NCBI GenBank assembly: GCA_963719225.1 | Contig: CAVRAY010000001.1 | Location: 1,792,001-1,856,000, forward strand | Direction of reading: 5' to 3' | Source: Thermoanaerobaculia bacterium | GTDB lineage: Bacteria > Acidobacteriota > Thermoanaerobaculia > UBA5066 | DNA length: 64,000 nt | Shown here: positions 27,959 to 36,993 of the stretch, piece after piece | Layout: each line of letters begins with the position of its first letter | How positions within the stretch are numbered: the first letter of the stretch is position 1 | Made by a program: the position numbers and the translations under genes | The notes under the pieces: generated by a model | What the model was told of the DNA's origin: nothing | What the model saw: only the letters and a program-made list of their open reading frames with translations | Databases searched by the model: none

Positions 27959-29197
27959 GTGAGCGGCGCCGAGAAGAACTACGAGCTCCTGGAAGGCCGC
28001 GAGGGCGTGCCGGTGAAGGCGTGGGTGAAGGGCGTGCCGTTCGAGGAGGAGGCCAAAAAGCAACTCCTGAACGTGGCGCGGCTGCCGTTCGTCTATCGGT
28101 GGGTCGCGGCGATGCCGGACGTGCACCTCGGCATCGGCGCGACGGTGGGAAGCGTGATCCCGACCGTGGGCGCGATCATCCCGGCCGCCGTCGGCGTGGA
28201 CATCGGCTGCGGAATGATGGCGACGCTGACGACGCTCGTCGCGAGCGACCTTCCGGATGATCTCAAGGGAATCCGGAGCGCGATCGAGCGCGCGGTGCCG
28301 CACGGGCGCACGAACAACGGCGGGCGCGGGGACCGCGGGGCGTGGGGAGACGCGCCGGATCCGGTCGCGGAAGCATGGAAGAGACTCGAGCCGGCCTACC
28401 GCCGCCTCCTCGACCGCCACCCTTCGCTCGACCGTGGCGCTCCGCCGGCGGCGCAGCTCGGCACGCTCGGCACCGGAAACCACTTCATCGAGGTCTGCCT
28501 CGACGAGAAGGACCGCGTCTGGTTCCTTCTCCACAGCGGCTCGCGCGGCGTGGGCAACCGCATCGGGACGCAGTTCACCGAGATCGCGAAGAAGGACATG
28601 AAAGCGGCAGGCGTGGACCTGCCCGACCGCGACCTCGCCTACCTGCCCGAAGGCACGGCGCACTTCCGTGACTACGTTGAAGGTGTCGGCTGGGCGCAGC
28701 ACTACGCCGCGACGAACCGCGTCCTCATGATGGAGCGCATCGTCGGAGCCGTGGCTTCCTCGGGAGACGTGCCGCCGTTCACGGTCGGCGGGACTGTCGT
28801 GAACTGCCACCACAACTACGTCGCGAAGGAGCGCCACTTCGGGCGCGAGGTCTTCGTGACGCGCAAGGGCGCCGTGCGCGCGGGCAAAGGGGAGCTCGGC
28901 ATCGTCCCCGGCAGCATGGGCGCGCGCTCCTACATCGTGCGCGGGCTCGGGAACCCCGAGAGCTTCGAGAGCTGCTCGCACGGCGCCGGCCGCCGGATGT
29001 CGCGCGGCGAGGCGAAGCGCCGCTTCACGGTGAAAGACCACGAGGAAGCCACGCGCGGCGTGGAATGCCGCAAGGATTCCGGGGTCATCGACGAGACGCC
29101 CGCCGCGTACAAGTCCATCGACGACGTGATGGCCGCGCAGCGCGACTTCGCCGAGCCCGTCGAGACGCTCCGGCAGGTCGTTTGCGTCAAGGGCTGA
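27959..29197 (+). CDS. rtcB: RtcB-family RNA ligase
   Basis: MPDVH.G.GATVG, VGVDIGCG, GTLGTGNHF, HSGSRG, CHHNY, SHGAGR, ETP.AYK; GTG start at 27959. Confidence 0.95.
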   Translation: MSGAEKNYELLEGREGVPVKAWVKGVPFEEEAKKQLLNVARLPFVYRWVAAMPDVHLGIGATVGSVIPTVGAIIPAAVGVDIGCGMMATLTTLVASDLPDDLKGIRSAIERAVPHGRTNNGGRGDRGAWGDAPDPVAEAWKRLEPAYRRLLDRHPSLDRGAPPAAQLGTLGTGNHFIEVCLDEKDRVWFLLHSGSRGVGNRIGTQFTEIAKKDMKAAGVDLPDRDLAYLPEGTAHFRDYVEGVGWAQHYAATNRVLMMERIVGAVASSGDVPPFTVGGTVVNCHHNYVAKERHFGREVFVTRKGAVRAGKGELGIVPGSMGARSYIVRGLGNPESFESCSHGAGRRMSRGEAKRRFTVKDHEEATRGVECRKDSGVIDETPAAYKSIDDVMAAQRDFAEPVETLRQVVCVKG

Positions 29198-29221
29198 GAC
29201 GGCAGAGTCCGAGCGCCAATC

Positions 29222-30457
29222 TCAGGCGACGGCAGGCAGGCGCGACGGCATGAGGTGCGTGCCCGGCCCGAGGCGGGCGCGGTGGCCCTGCCAGTCGACC
29301 TCGCGCGAGACGTACGGCACAACCTGCGTCGCGAGCTGAAAGAAGTCCTTGACCGGAAGCAGGAGGAGCTGCGCCGGAGTGAGGTCTGCGCGCGTCGCAC
29401 GCGCGAGGACGAAACCCTGCGCGAGCCGGAGAAGGAGGATGGCGCCGGCGGCGGCAAACGGCAGAGGCGGGAGGCCGGAGGGCCCGAGCGCCGCGCCGCC
29501 GCAGGCGAGGAGGGAAAACGGAAGCGGATTGAGGAGGAGCTCGCCCGTGTACGTCATCTTCGAGAAGGAATAGCGGATCTTTCCCCAGCGCACCTGGCGG
29601 TCCAGCGCCCGCCCGAGGGGTCTGTCGACCGTCACGTTGCGGACGACGACCGTCGAAAGTGCGATCCGAAAGCCCGCATCTTTCACGGCGCAGCCAATCG
29701 CCTGGTCCTCCGCGAGGACTTGTGCGAACGCCGCGAAGCCGCCGATCGCGTCATGGGCGGCCCGCGTCAGGGCCATGGACTTGCCCACGACGCAGGCGAC
29801 GCTTCCGGCGTCCGCGAGAACCGTGCCCGGCAGGACGAACGTGAGGAGGTGAAGGCTCTCGATCACGGCGCCGAACGACCGCGCGCCGGAGCCCGTGAAG
29901 ACGTTCGAGACGCAGCCGATCGCGGGATCGTCGAACGCGGCGACGGTCGCCGCAACGTCGTCGGGCTCGAGGCGCACGTTCGAGTCGGAAACGAAGAAGA
30001 TATCACCGCGGGCGGCGCGTGCCGCCGCGACGAGCCGCTCGACCTTCGGGTTCGAGAGCGCGATGCCGGTCCCTCCGCCCACGACGAGGCGGAACGGAGC
30101 ATCGGGAAAGCGAGCCATGACGCGCCGGGCGGTGGGCACCGCGGGATCCTCCTCGCGCTCGGCCGAGAGGATGACCTCGTACGTGACGCCCGTCAGGCGC
30201 GCGAAGGAGGCGAGGTTCTCCTCGAGGCCGTCGTCAAGCCCGGAGAGGGGCTTGAGGATCGAGACGCGCAGCGGCGTCGTGGTGAAAGCGGCCGGCAGGG
30301 AAGCGCTCGCGGCCGGCTCGCGCCGGCCGGGCGCGAAAGGGCGAGGCTTGTGTTTCCGCTTCCCGAGGAACCGGACGACGAGACCGGTCTGGACGGTCGT
30401 CAGCACGGCACCGATCGCGGCCAGGGCGAGGAGAATCGTCGTGATCATGGCGCTCAC
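29222..30457 (-). CDS. GT2/GT21 glycosyltransferase (ceramide glucosyltransferase/HpnI-like)
   Basis: SILKPLSG, NPKV, SDSNV, LAED, RQVRW motifs plus TM helices. Confidence 0.88.
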   Translation of the reverse strand: MSAMITTILLALAAIGAVLTTVQTGLVVRFLGKRKHKPRPFAPGRREPAASASLPAAFTTTPLRVSILKPLSGLDDGLEENLASFARLTGVTYEVILSAEREEDPAVPTARRVMARFPDAPFRLVVGGGTGIALSNPKVERLVAAARAARGDIFFVSDSNVRLEPDDVAATVAAFDDPAIGCVSNVFTGSGARSFGAVIESLHLLTFVLPGTVLADAGSVACVVGKSMALTRAAHDAIGGFAAFAQVLAEDQAIGCAVKDAGFRIALSTVVVRNVTVDRPLGRALDRQVRWGKIRYSFSKMTYTGELLLNPLPFSLLACGGAALGPSGLPPLPFAAAGAILLLRLAQGFVLARATRADLTPAQLLLLPVKDFFQLATQVVPYVSREVDWQGHRARLGPGTHLMPSRLPAVA

Positions 30458-31233
30458 GCGGTCGCCGGCTCGACGAAGCCGGGAATGACGGTGCAGGGGC
30501 GGAGCGGCTCGGTCTCGTCGGGGATGCGCGCCGCGACGGGGAACGGATCTGGCAGGCGCGTGATGCCGAGTCCCTTCCCGGTGCGAAGCGACGCGAGGAT
30601 CGCGTTCGGGCTCTTCTCGGCGCTCATGAGCGTCTTCCAAGCGTAGAGGTGCGGGCGGTCGTGGAAGTCGCTGTTGCCGACGTACGGGAGGCGGGCGCGC
30701 GAGACCTGCGGGAAGAGGTCCCACCGGCACGCGAGCTCCCAGAGGTCGATGAGCCGCGAGACCTCGCGCCGCTTGTTCCAGAGGTAGAACGTGTTCGCGA
30801 ACCAGTCGGACTGCTCGTTCGGATGGCAAGCCACCGTCACCGCGCCGGCTTCGCGGGCGCGGGTGAGCATCTCCTCGACTGGGCCGTCCGCCGGGACGAA
30901 GCGGTCGAGTCCGAGCGCGAGGGCGTGGGCCGAACGCTTCCCGCTGAGGGCGTTTCGCGTCAGCTCGCAGCCGGCGAGGACGACCATGCGGTGCTCGTCC
31001 CACGCGCGCCGCGCTTCCGTTTCGATCTCGGCGCGGTACGCGTCGAAGTTCTCCTTCGTGATCGACAGCCGGCAGCCGTGCGCGATCTTCCCGAGGAGGG
31101 AGTCCGTGTCGACGACGTGGTCGGTGATGGCGATGACGTCATGGCCGGTGCGCCCGAAGAGGTCTACGATCTCGGGAATCGACAGGCGTCCATCCGACCA
31201 GGTCGAATGCACGTGAAAGTCGGCCAGCAGCAT
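30454..31233 (-). CDS. PHP-domain metallophosphoesterase
   Basis: DFHVHSTWSDG, AITDH, GCE, CHP, NSDFH. Confidence 0.88.
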   Translation of the reverse strand: MLLADFHVHSTWSDGRLSIPEIVDLFGRTGHDVIAITDHVVDTDSLLGKIAHGCRLSITKENFDAYRAEIETEARRAWDEHRMVVLAGCELTRNALSGKRSAHALALGLDRFVPADGPVEEMLTRAREAGAVTVACHPNEQSDWFANTFYLWNKRREVSRLIDLWELACRWDLFPQVSRARLPYVGNSDFHDRPHLYAWKTLMSAEKSPNAILASLRTGKGLGITRLPDPFPVAARIPDETEPLRPCTVIPGFVEPATA

Positions 31234-31283
31234 GATGGTTCGCCTCCTTCCCCGCGAAAGATGGGACCCGGGGGTCGAAAGGG

Positions 31284-31311
31284 GATGAGGAAGCCGTTCA
31301 GGCCGTGTTAA
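31284..31311 (-). promoter_or_regulatory. Pho-box-like triple repeat upstream of the PHP-GT pair
   Basis: Minus strand TTAACA-cggcc-TGAACG-gcttc-CTCATC. Confidence 0.65.
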
Positions 31312-32618
31312 ATGTGCACAGATTTCTGTGCAGGGTTTTCCCGAAAGGGCCGAGAAAGGAATGACTTGCCGATTTCGCGGAAGATCCCGGCCGAAGGCCG
31401 CGGGCGGCGCTCGAAGGTCCCGGGATCGACCGCGAAAAGGCCGAACTTCGGGCCGTATCCGTCCAGCCATTCGAAGTTGTCGAGCAGCGACCAGTGAAGG
31501 TAGCCGGCGATCGGAACGCCCGCCGCCTCGGCCTCGGCGAGCGCGGCCAGGTGGGACTTCAGGAACTCGGGGCGAAACGAGTCGGCCCGGTCCGCGACGC
31601 CGTTCTCCGTGACGAGGACCGGGAGGCCGAGCGCTCCCGCGTCCCGAAGAAGGCCGGGGAAGGACGCCGGCGCGATCTCCCAGCCGTTGTCGGTGAGGCC
31701 GCGCCCATGCCGGTCGCGGTACGCGAAGCGGGTGAGGACGCGCGTCGCGGCCGGGAAGCGCACGTGCAGGCGCGAGTAGTAGTTGACACCCACGAAATCG
31801 AGCGAGCCCAAGAGCGCATCGCGGCGGCCCTTGAAACGCGTGAACGGCGGGATCCAGAGATCCCACCGCCCCGTCGTGAAGGCCTCGAGGAACGCCGTGT
31901 TGTAGAGCCGGCGCGCGTGGCGGGCGAGGAAGGCGTCGAGCGGGTTTCGCGGGCGGTCCGCGGCGAAGTCCATCATGTTGTGCGCGATGCCGATCGCCGC
32001 GCCGGGCGCCTCCTCGCGCAGGATTCCCGCCGCCTCCGCGTGCGCCGCCAGCATGTGGTCGAGGGCCAGCCCCGCGGCGCGCGGGTCGGCGAGGCCCGGC
32101 GGGATCTGGCCGTCGAGGAACCCTCCGAGGAGGAGGACGAGCGGCTCGTTGAACGTGAGGTACAGCCGCACGAGGGGAGACAGGGCGCGCGCGGTCTCCC
32201 GCGCGAAGCGCGCGAAAGCGTCGACCGAGGCCGGCGAGGTCCACGGCGTCTCCGGGTGGAACCACCGGGGATGCGTGTAGTGGTGGAGCGTCACGATCGG
32301 CTCGAGGCCCAGGGAGACGAGGCGCTCCACGAAGCGCCGGTAGCGCGCGAGCGCCGAGGCGTCGAAGGCGCCGCGGCTCGGCTCGACGCGGCTCCACGAG
32401 ACGGAGAACCGGAAGGCGTTCGCGCCGAGACCGGCGGCGAGGGCCGCGTCCTCCTCATATCGGCTCCACGAATCCGCCGCGCGCCCGCACGCGCCACCCT
32501 TCGCGCGGCCGGCGGCCTCCCAGTCCGTCCAGTCGCACGGGTCGCCGCCCTCGACCTGGTAATGGGAGACGGCGACGCCGAAAAGTCGGCGGCGGTCGGG
32601 GAACGGGAAGGCGCTCAC
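31308..32618 (-). CDS. Glycoside hydrolase family 1 (beta-glucosidase-like)
   Basis: YQVEG, RFSVSWSR, TLHHY, TFNEP, VTENG, WSLLDNFEW; start taken at GTG 32618. Confidence 0.92.
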   Translation of the reverse strand: MSAFPFPDRRRLFGVAVSHYQVEGGDPCDWTDWEAAGRAKGGACGRAADSWSRYEEDAALAAGLGANAFRFSVSWSRVEPSRGAFDASALARYRRFVERLVSLGLEPIVTLHHYTHPRWFHPETPWTSPASVDAFARFARETARALSPLVRLYLTFNEPLVLLLGGFLDGQIPPGLADPRAAGLALDHMLAAHAEAAGILREEAPGAAIGIAHNMMDFAADRPRNPLDAFLARHARRLYNTAFLEAFTTGRWDLWIPPFTRFKGRRDALLGSLDFVGVNYYSRLHVRFPAATRVLTRFAYRDRHGRGLTDNGWEIAPASFPGLLRDAGALGLPVLVTENGVADRADSFRPEFLKSHLAALAEAEAAGVPIAGYLHWSLLDNFEWLDGYGPKFGLFAVDPGTFERRPRPSAGIFREIGKSFLSRPFRENPAQKSVHI

Positions 32619-32664
32619 TTCGCGCCAAGATAACAGGGCTACGATACGGTCGAGACGATCAGGC

Positions 32665-34206
32665 ATGGCCACGAAGAACATCGCGGCGATCGACGTGGGT
32701 TCGAACTCGATCAAGCTCCTCGTCGCGCGGCACGATCCTTCGGACGCCGGCCACTGGTCCGAGGTTCTGCGCGAGAAGGAGATGGTGCGGCTCGGGCAGG
32801 AGACGCTCGTCAAGGGATCGCTCTCGGAAGAGGCGATGGCCGACGGGATCGACTGCCTCGTGCGCTACGCGGCTCTCGCGCGCGCCGCGGGGGCCGGCGC
32901 GATCACCGCGGTCGCGACGTGCGCGGTCCGTGAGGCCGCGAACGGAGACGAGTTCGTCAAGCGCGTCCGCAAGGAGACCGGGCTCCGCCTCGCGGTGATC
33001 TCCGGCGAGGAGGAGGCGCGCCTCATCACGCGCGCGGTACGCTCGGAGCTCCCGCCCTCGTGCGACCCCCTCCTGGTGCTCGACATCGGCGGCGGGTCGA
33101 CCGAAGTCATCGTGGCGAAAGGCGACCGGATCCTCCTGGCCGAGAGCCTCGATCTCGGGGCCGTGCGGTTGACGGATCTCCACGTCTCGTCGGACCCCCT
33201 CTCGGCCAGGGACGAACGCCGGCTCCGGCGCGCGGTGAGGAGCCGCCTCGAGCGTCTCGAGAAGCCGGTACGCCGCGCGAAGATCAAGACCGCCGTCGGA
33301 ACGTCGGGCACGATCCTCGCAGTCGCCACGATCGCGGCCGAGGTGCGCGGACGTTCGCCGGTCGGCGCGGGCCACCGGGCCCTCGACCGAAAGGACGTGA
33401 CGAGGATCGCGAAGCTTCTCGCGAAGTCGAATGCCAGACAGAAGCTGCACATCCCCGGGCTCGAGGCCGACAGGAGGGACATCGTGACCGCGGGCGCGAT
33501 CCTCCTCGAGGAGCTGCTCGACGCGTTCGACGTGGAATCCCTCCTCGTATCGGACCGCTCGCTCCGCGATGCCCTCGTTCTCGAGGCGCCGGCGGCTGCC
33601 GGGCGCGGGCGCAACGGGGAAGTGAACATCCGGCGTGAATCCGTCGCCCGCCTCGCGAGGCGCACGGGCCTGCCGCGCGTCCACGCCGGGCGCGTCCGGG
33701 ATCTCGCTCTCGCGCTCTTCGACCAGACGCACAGCCTGCACCAGCTCACCGCGCTCGAGCGCGAGTGGCTCGAGCACGCGGCCGTGCTGCACGACATCGG
33801 CCTGTCGGTCGCCTATCCGCGCCATCACCACCACTCCTACTATCTGATCCTGCACGGCGACCTGAAGGGGTTCACACAGGCGGAAGTCGAGCTGATCGCC
33901 CTCGTCGCGCGCTATCACCGCAAAGCCCCTCCGGACGAGGCGCACGAGCCGTTCCGGGCGCTCGACCCGTGGAAAAAGCCCGTCGTCGAGAAGCTCGCGG
34001 CGCTCCTGAGGGTTGCTGATGCCCTCGACCGCACGAATCGCGGCCTCGTCAAGCGCGTTCGTGTGACGTTGCGGGGCAAGCGGGTTCACATCGCCTTGTC
34101 GGCGCGGCAGCCGCTGGACCTCGAGCTTTGGGCGCTGAAGAAGAAAGGCCGGCTTTTCGAGAAGACTTTCGGCGTGGACCTCGTCGCACGGGCGGTTGTC
34201 GGATAA
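32665..34206 (+). CDS. ppx: Exopolyphosphatase / pppGpp phosphohydrolase (Ppx/GppA, with HD domain)
   Basis: IDVGSNS, AT.AVREA.N, SGEEEA, DIGGGSTE, LHDIG. Confidence 0.92.
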   Translation: MATKNIAAIDVGSNSIKLLVARHDPSDAGHWSEVLREKEMVRLGQETLVKGSLSEEAMADGIDCLVRYAALARAAGAGAITAVATCAVREAANGDEFVKRVRKETGLRLAVISGEEEARLITRAVRSELPPSCDPLLVLDIGGGSTEVIVAKGDRILLAESLDLGAVRLTDLHVSSDPLSARDERRLRRAVRSRLERLEKPVRRAKIKTAVGTSGTILAVATIAAEVRGRSPVGAGHRALDRKDVTRIAKLLAKSNARQKLHIPGLEADRRDIVTAGAILLEELLDAFDVESLLVSDRSLRDALVLEAPAAAGRGRNGEVNIRRESVARLARRTGLPRVHAGRVRDLALALFDQTHSLHQLTALEREWLEHAAVLHDIGLSVAYPRHHHHSYYLILHGDLKGFTQAEVELIALVARYHRKAPPDEAHEPFRALDPWKKPVVEKLAALLRVADALDRTNRGLVKRVRVTLRGKRVHIALSARQPLDLELWALKKKGRLFEKTFGVDLVARAVVG

Positions 34207-34213
34207 TCGAGAC

Positions 34214-34852
34214 GTGCTGCCCGCCATCATCGTATTCCTCGCTGCCCAGGCAGCTTCGGCGGCGCCGGCGCCCGCGCCGACGCCGACGCCGACGCCGACT
34301 CCCACCGTGACTCCCGGGACCCCCACGCCGACCCCCTCTCCGACCCCCGTCGCGGCCGCGAATCCCTATCGTCCGCGGGAGCTCTCGTCGATCGCGCGAG
34401 ACCGCCGGCTCGGACGCCTCTCGGGCGCCGGAGCCCCCGTGGTGACGACTGCCGTGCCCGAGACGATCACGTCAGGACCGTCCCCGACGCGCCGACCCGA
34501 GTTGGTGAGGGTGGAGAGCATCCAGGACAATGGCGCCGTGAACGACGGCTTCGTCTCGGTCTACGGCACGGTACGCAACACGGGCCGGGTCGCCGCGTGC
34601 CGCGTGAGGATCTTCCTGAGGCTGTTTGACGAACACGGAGTCCTGCTCTCGACCGGTGAGACGACGACCGATCTCAAGATCGTCGGACCCGGGGAGGCGG
34701 TCACGTTCGGTGGAATCGTCAGGGCCCCCGCGGGCCTGCGCGGCTCGAGGGAACGAAAACGGGATCCGCTCGTCGACGGGACCTCGACGAACTGGAAGCG
34801 CGTGGGCCGCGTCGAGGGCGAAATCACGGGTGTGAGCGAGGAGTGCTCGTGA
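34214..34852 (+). CDS. Exported Pro/Thr-rich protein with FxLYD-like Ig domain
   Basis: Signal peptide, (PT)n linker, GTVRNTG...RLFD..G....G...PGE..TF. Confidence 0.7.
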   Translation: MLPAIIVFLAAQAASAAPAPAPTPTPTPTPTVTPGTPTPTPSPTPVAAANPYRPRELSSIARDRRLGRLSGAGAPVVTTAVPETITSGPSPTRRPELVRVESIQDNGAVNDGFVSVYGTVRNTGRVAACRVRIFLRLFDEHGVLLSTGETTTDLKIVGPGEAVTFGGIVRAPAGLRGSRERKRDPLVDGTSTNWKRVGRVEGEITGVSEECS

Positions 34853-35523
34853 GCAGCGTCGCCACTGCTCTGCTCGTCCTCCTTCAGGTCGCGGCGGCGG
34901 CGCCGAACGCCACGCCCGCGCCGACTCCCACACCGACGCCCACGGCGACTCCGACGCCAGCGACGCGCGGCCTCGTCCGGCCGCGCACGCTGCAGGACGT
35001 CGCGCGGGAGAGGCGACTGAAGACGGGAGCCGACGCGAAAGGTTCACTCTCCACGATCACGCTCGGTCCCGCGCCGGGCTCGACGCCGGGCGCGACTCCC
35101 TCGGCTTCACCCGTCGCGGGCGAGGAGAAGCCGCCGATCGAGGCGCCGACCGCCTCGGACGTGCGAGTCGTGGCCGTCTCGAACGACCGGGTCGTCGATC
35201 CCGCCGGCCTCGTCCGCGTCTCGGGAACGGTCCGCAACGGCGGAGACCAGTCCGTGTGCAGCATCGCGATCCTCGTGAGGATCTTCGACAGCAAGGGCAA
35301 CTACCTCGCTTCCGCCCAGACGACGGCGGACGTGAACATCCTGCCGGCGAAGGAGACGTCGAGCTTCCACGCGAGCGTCCAGGCTCCGCCGGGGGTGCGG
35401 GGCGCACGCGTGGACCCCGACCGCCGCGACGTGACTGACGGAAGCACGACGATGGCGGGCGACTGGACGCTGCTTGGCGGCACCGAGGCGAAGGTCGTGG
35501 ACGCGGCGGCCTGTCCGAAGTGA
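34849..35523 (+). CDS. Paralogous exported Pro/Thr-rich FxLYD-like protein
   Basis: Same architecture; shared ARxRRL, GTVRN, APxGxRG, DG, W and terminal Cys. Confidence 0.7.
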   Translation: MSSVATALLVLLQVAAAAPNATPAPTPTPTPTATPTPATRGLVRPRTLQDVARERRLKTGADAKGSLSTITLGPAPGSTPGATPSASPVAGEEKPPIEAPTASDVRVVAVSNDRVVDPAGLVRVSGTVRNGGDQSVCSIAILVRIFDSKGNYLASAQTTADVNILPAKETSSFHASVQAPPGVRGARVDPDRRDVTDGSTTMAGDWTLLGGTEAKVVDAAACPK

Positions 35524-35551
35524 CGGCTAGCCCGCTTTCTCAGAAAGTCCC

Positions 35552-36013
35552 CTAGCGCGCGGGCGGCTTGGCCCTCGCGAGCAACTTCTTCGTCTGGATG
35601 TAGCCGCTGAGGATGCGCAGCGTCGCCGCCCGCGTGTTCGGGTTGCGGCTGAAGATGGCGGTCGTGGCTTCCGGACCCACGGCCTTGTTCTGCCAGACGA
35701 AGTCCTCGATGAACTTGTTCGGCTGCTCGGGTTTGCCCCACCCGTCGTAGAGGTCCTTGAGGACGCGGTCGGCCGAGGCGGAAGGCATCTCGATGAAGAC
35801 TTCCGCGAAGCGGTTCCCCCAGAACTCGTAGACGATCTTGTCGAGGGGCGCGCCTGCCCACGTGAGATCGTCGTTCGAGATCCAGCAGAATTTCGCCTCC
35901 GCGTGGTCGTCGAGGATCTCCATCCGGGGCTCCGGCACGTCCCCCCATTTCATGCCCCTGAAACCCGGCTTCATCCCGCCGCTCGCGCCGCTCTTCCCGC
36001 TGAAAAGCCCCAT
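35552..36013 (-). CDS. Hypothetical protein
   Basis: Protein-like composition (GFRGMKWGD motif) and GAGAGG SD. Confidence 0.7.
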   Translation of the reverse strand: MGLFSGKSGASGGMKPGFRGMKWGDVPEPRMEILDDHAEAKFCWISNDDLTWAGAPLDKIVYEFWGNRFAEVFIEMPSASADRVLKDLYDGWGKPEQPNKFIEDFVWQNKAVGPEATTAIFSRNPNTRAATLRILSGYIQTKKLLARAKPPAR

Positions 36014-36076
36014 CGCCTCTCCTTATGGATGGAAAAGGATAGCGCGTCCGCCCCGCCGAGGCCCGCCAGACCGCGA

Positions 36077-36334
36077 TCAGGCTCCCGTCTTCAGCGCCGC
36101 ATCGAGGAGGTCCATGTCCACGCGCGGCATCGCTTCGCCTTCCGCGTGGCGTCGGTCGACCTCCGCGCGGACGAGAGGCGCTTTCTCCGGGTGCTGCCTC
36201 AGAGAGTTCACGGCGCCGACCGTGATCGTGTACGTGCCGCAGACGGGACATCGCAACTCGATCTCGGCGGTCGCGCTGCGGGCTCCGAGCGCCGTACCAC
36301 CGCAGAGAAGACAGGCCATGTCCACGATCGACAT
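36077..36334 (-). CDS. Small Zn-ribbon hypothetical protein
   Basis: CLLC...CPVCGTY.IT. Confidence 0.65.
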   Translation of the reverse strand: MSIVDMACLLCGGTALGARSATAEIELRCPVCGTYTITVGAVNSLRQHPEKAPLVRAEVDRRHAEGEAMPRVDMDLLDAALKTGA

Positions 36335-36406
36335 GGGACACCCCCGGTGCGGGACCGATTCTCCCTCTTTTCGGGGCGGGAAGAAAAGCGCTGGGAGAAG
36401 AGGAAG

Positions 36407-36483
36407 TGGTACCCCCAGAGGGATTCGAACCCTCGATCTCCACCTTGAAAGGGTGGCGTCCTGGGCCACTAGACGATGGGGGC
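36407..36483 (-). tRNA. tRNA-Glu (anticodon UUC)
   Basis: GCCCCCA...CCACC-CTTTCAA-GGTGG...GGTTCGAATCC...TGGGGGTACCA cloverleaf with CCA. Confidence 0.97.
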
Positions 36484-36524
36484 ACCCGGGGAACCGCGGA
36501 TTCTAGCGGCTTTGGCGCCCCGCG

Positions 36525-36845
36525 TCAGTCCGGCTGGACGAATGCCTGCTCGAATCGCCTGACGACGTCGTCGATCGCCGGCTTCTCGGGCGCCGCCTTC
36601 CGCGAGAAGACCCCCGAGATCTTCTTGAGCGCCGAGGTCTTTTCCTTCGGCTGCGTCGCGCGCGCCTCGATGAGAGCCTGATGCACCTCGCGCACGATGC
36701 GGGGGTGTGGCTCGTGATCCCGGCGCGCCGCGTGTTTCAAGACCTCCGCGTTCGGGATCTTCGAGCTGCCGCTGGCGAGAAGGACGTCGAAGGCCTCGGC
36801 CGACGCCCTCAAACGGAGGCTTCGTTTCGAAGCTGAAATGCCCAT
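36525..36845 (-). CDS. Hypothetical protein between two tRNAs
   Basis: GGGGAG SD, GC-biased third positions, fills the inter-tRNA gap. Confidence 0.6.
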   Translation of the reverse strand: MGISASKRSLRLRASAEAFDVLLASGSSKIPNAEVLKHAARRDHEPHPRIVREVHQALIEARATQPKEKTSALKKISGVFSRKAAPEKPAIDDVVRRFEQAFVQPD

Positions 36846-36883
36846 ACGTTGCTCCCCGGAGGAAATCTGCTCACCCGAAAGGC

Positions 36884-36960
36884 TGGTGAGCCGTGCTGGA
36901 CTCGAACCAGCGACCCCCTGCTTAAAAGGCAGGTGCTCTAACCGACTGAGCTAACGGCCC
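36884..36960 (-). tRNA. tRNA-Lys (anticodon UUU)
   Basis: GGGCCGTTAGCTCAG...CCTGC-CTTTTAA-GCAGG...GGTTCGAGTCC...ACCA. Confidence 0.97.
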
Positions 36961-36993
36961 GCCGGCGGCGGAGTGTAGCAGGGTGATCCTCGA

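Noticed and set aside
27959-29197. RtcB as part of an rtcBA/rtcR RNA repair or anti-phage system
   Set aside because: No rtcA, rtcR, Ro60 or Y-RNA-like element adjacent; it appears stand-alone.
34262-34350. Tandem CCGACG repeats (also 34912-34965)
   Set aside because: They encode Pro-Thr linkers; not CRISPR or a contingency repeat.
36407-36960. Prophage or island integration at the tRNAs
   Set aside because: No integrase and no duplicated tRNA 3' end found in the window.
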